This document shows, in pieces, positions 62,432 through 64,000 of a DNA stretch of 64,000 nt. How positions within the stretch are numbered: position 1 is the stretch's first letter; the number at the start of each line of letters is the position of its first letter. The notes under the pieces were generated by a model that was given only the letters and a program-made list of their open reading frames with translations, was not told the DNA's origin and made no database searches. The translations under genes were made by a program, and so were the position numbers. Location: contig JAAOMT010000302.1 in NCBI GenBank assembly GCA_016748015.1, forward strand, positions 1 through 64,000. The letters run 5' to 3'. This DNA comes from Geosiphon pyriformis uo1. Lineage: Eukaryota > Fungi > Glomeromycota.

Positions 62432-64000
62432 TCACATCTTTACATCAAGATTAATAACCACAGTCTTCACTTCGGTATATTGATCTAATGCGTATTTACC
62501 GTTTTCACGACCTATTCCGGATTCTTTATAACCACCAAAGGGCCTAATAATTGAGAAAGGGTAAGAGTTGATCGATCATAATGAATTTACAAAAAGATTT
62601 GATATTCCACTTACAAATTAGGTTCGAGCAAATTAAAACAATTCACTAAATATTTTTGATAAATGTAGTCAAATCGATCAGAGGGATTCTTACCACATAA
62701 AAACAACAAATAATAAATTTATGACCTACCCCACACAGTACCGGCCTTTAATGAGTTTGAGATTTTAATTGCCTGCGTAACATCTTTAGTAAAAACAGCA
62801 GCAGCGAGCCCGTATTTAGTGATATGGGCTTTTTCAAGTGCTTCTTCCACGGTTTTGAATTTTGCAATTGCAACTACCGGACCAAAGATCTCTTCCTGCA
62901 TGATTTTCATGTTCTCATTCTGATTGATTGATCAAGAGATGTACAAAGAGGTAGATTTATAAAAGGAGATGAAAATCCTTTTGATTGGTTGAAGCAACTC
63001 AAACACTTAAAAAACTTACCACATCGGTAAATATTGTTGGTTTAATGTAGTATCCTTCGTTGCCATGCCTCTCGCCACCCATTTCCAATGTTGCCCCTTC
63101 TTTTTTACCAATATCAATATAGTTCATAATTCTATAACAAAAACCTGAATTTTAAATCAAATTTCTAGGTAAGAAAAATTAAAGATTCAACTGTCTTACT
63201 TGTTAAACTGTAATTCAGAAATTTGAGGCCCTTGGTGAGTTTCATTATCGAAAGGATCTCCCACCTTTTTGGTCAAGACATAGTCTTTATACTGTTCCAA
63301 GAATTTATCATAGATTTTCTCTTGAACGTATACACGTGAACCGGCACAACATGTTTGACCATGATTGAAAAAGATTCCCATGTGCGCCCATTTAACGGCC
63401 TGTTCAAGATCTGCATCTTCTAAAATGATGTTTGGCGATTTACCACCTAATTCCAAACTCACTTTCTTGAGATTGCTTTCAGCAGCAGCTTTAAGAATAG
63501 ATCTCCCAACAAGTGTGGAGCCTAAGAATAAGGATTAAAATATTAATTTACAATCATCAAATTTCTGTTCTCAATTGAACTTACCTGTGAAAGCGACCTT
63601 TGGAATCTTCATGTGACTGGCGATCGCAGCACCAGCAATTTTTCCAAATCCAGGAACAACATTGACCACACCAGGAGGGAATCCAGCTTCTTTAATCAGA
63701 GCAGCTGCCTTCAAAGCACTAAGGGGGGTTTGCTCCGCAGGTTTCATGACAACAGTATTGCCGCATGCCAAAGCAGGGCCCAATTTCCATCCTAAGAGCA
63801 TCAAGGGAAAATTCCAAGCGATAATCTGTCCAACGACACCAATAGGTTCATGGCGAGTATATGTAAATTTGTCATGGGAAGTCTCGATCACCTTGAAAAT
63901 TAGGAAAATGCAAAAGGGGTTTTTTTGTGGTTTTTGATTTTACATAATTTCAAAACATATGATGAAGCGCCTTCAATACCTTTCCATGAATTTTATCAGC
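62432..64000 (-). CDS. NAD(P)+-dependent aldehyde dehydrogenase (ALDH1/2-like); 5' end lies outside the window
   Basis: Multi-exon; motifs [53 protein letters not shown] and [15 protein letters not shown]; stop at 62432. Confidence 0.97.

Noticed and set aside
1-64000. tRNA, rRNA, snRNA genes and bacterial or endosymbiont-derived segments
   Set aside because: No cloverleaf or conserved RNA signatures were recognised by eye; most genes have spliceosomal introns and there is no operon-like block.

Overview
AT-rich eukaryotic DNA with short GT-AG and GC-AG introns. It looks like an early-diverging fungus; the repeat families resemble Glomeromycotina, possibly Geosiphon (inference only). Recognisable genes are an inositol monophosphatase pseudogene, a two-exon P-loop NTPase, a secreted class-3 lipase-like protein whose nucleophile Ser is replaced by Gly, a Cys-repeat/acidic protein and the 3' part of an aldehyde dehydrogenase. 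Two things are invisible in the ORF track. (1) A decayed Fanzor2/TnpB RNA-guided nuclease 3' fragment is fused to the truncated IMPase; it is split by a ~160 bp insert and followed by hairpins where the omegaRNA is expected. (2) There is a family of small spliced tail-anchored membrane proteins (3451-3942, 23543-24239, 28955-29655, with likely distant relatives at 9091-9604 and 13216-13575). Two of these sit head-to-head in a ~2.3 kb inverted duplication whose introns are near-identical while the membrane-proximal exons are hypervariable. The rest is a transposon graveyard (two Tc1 elements, MITEs, a LINE with APE-RT-RNaseH, further LINE/LTR relics) showing strong C>T/G>A hypermutation. All gene models and alignments were made by eye.
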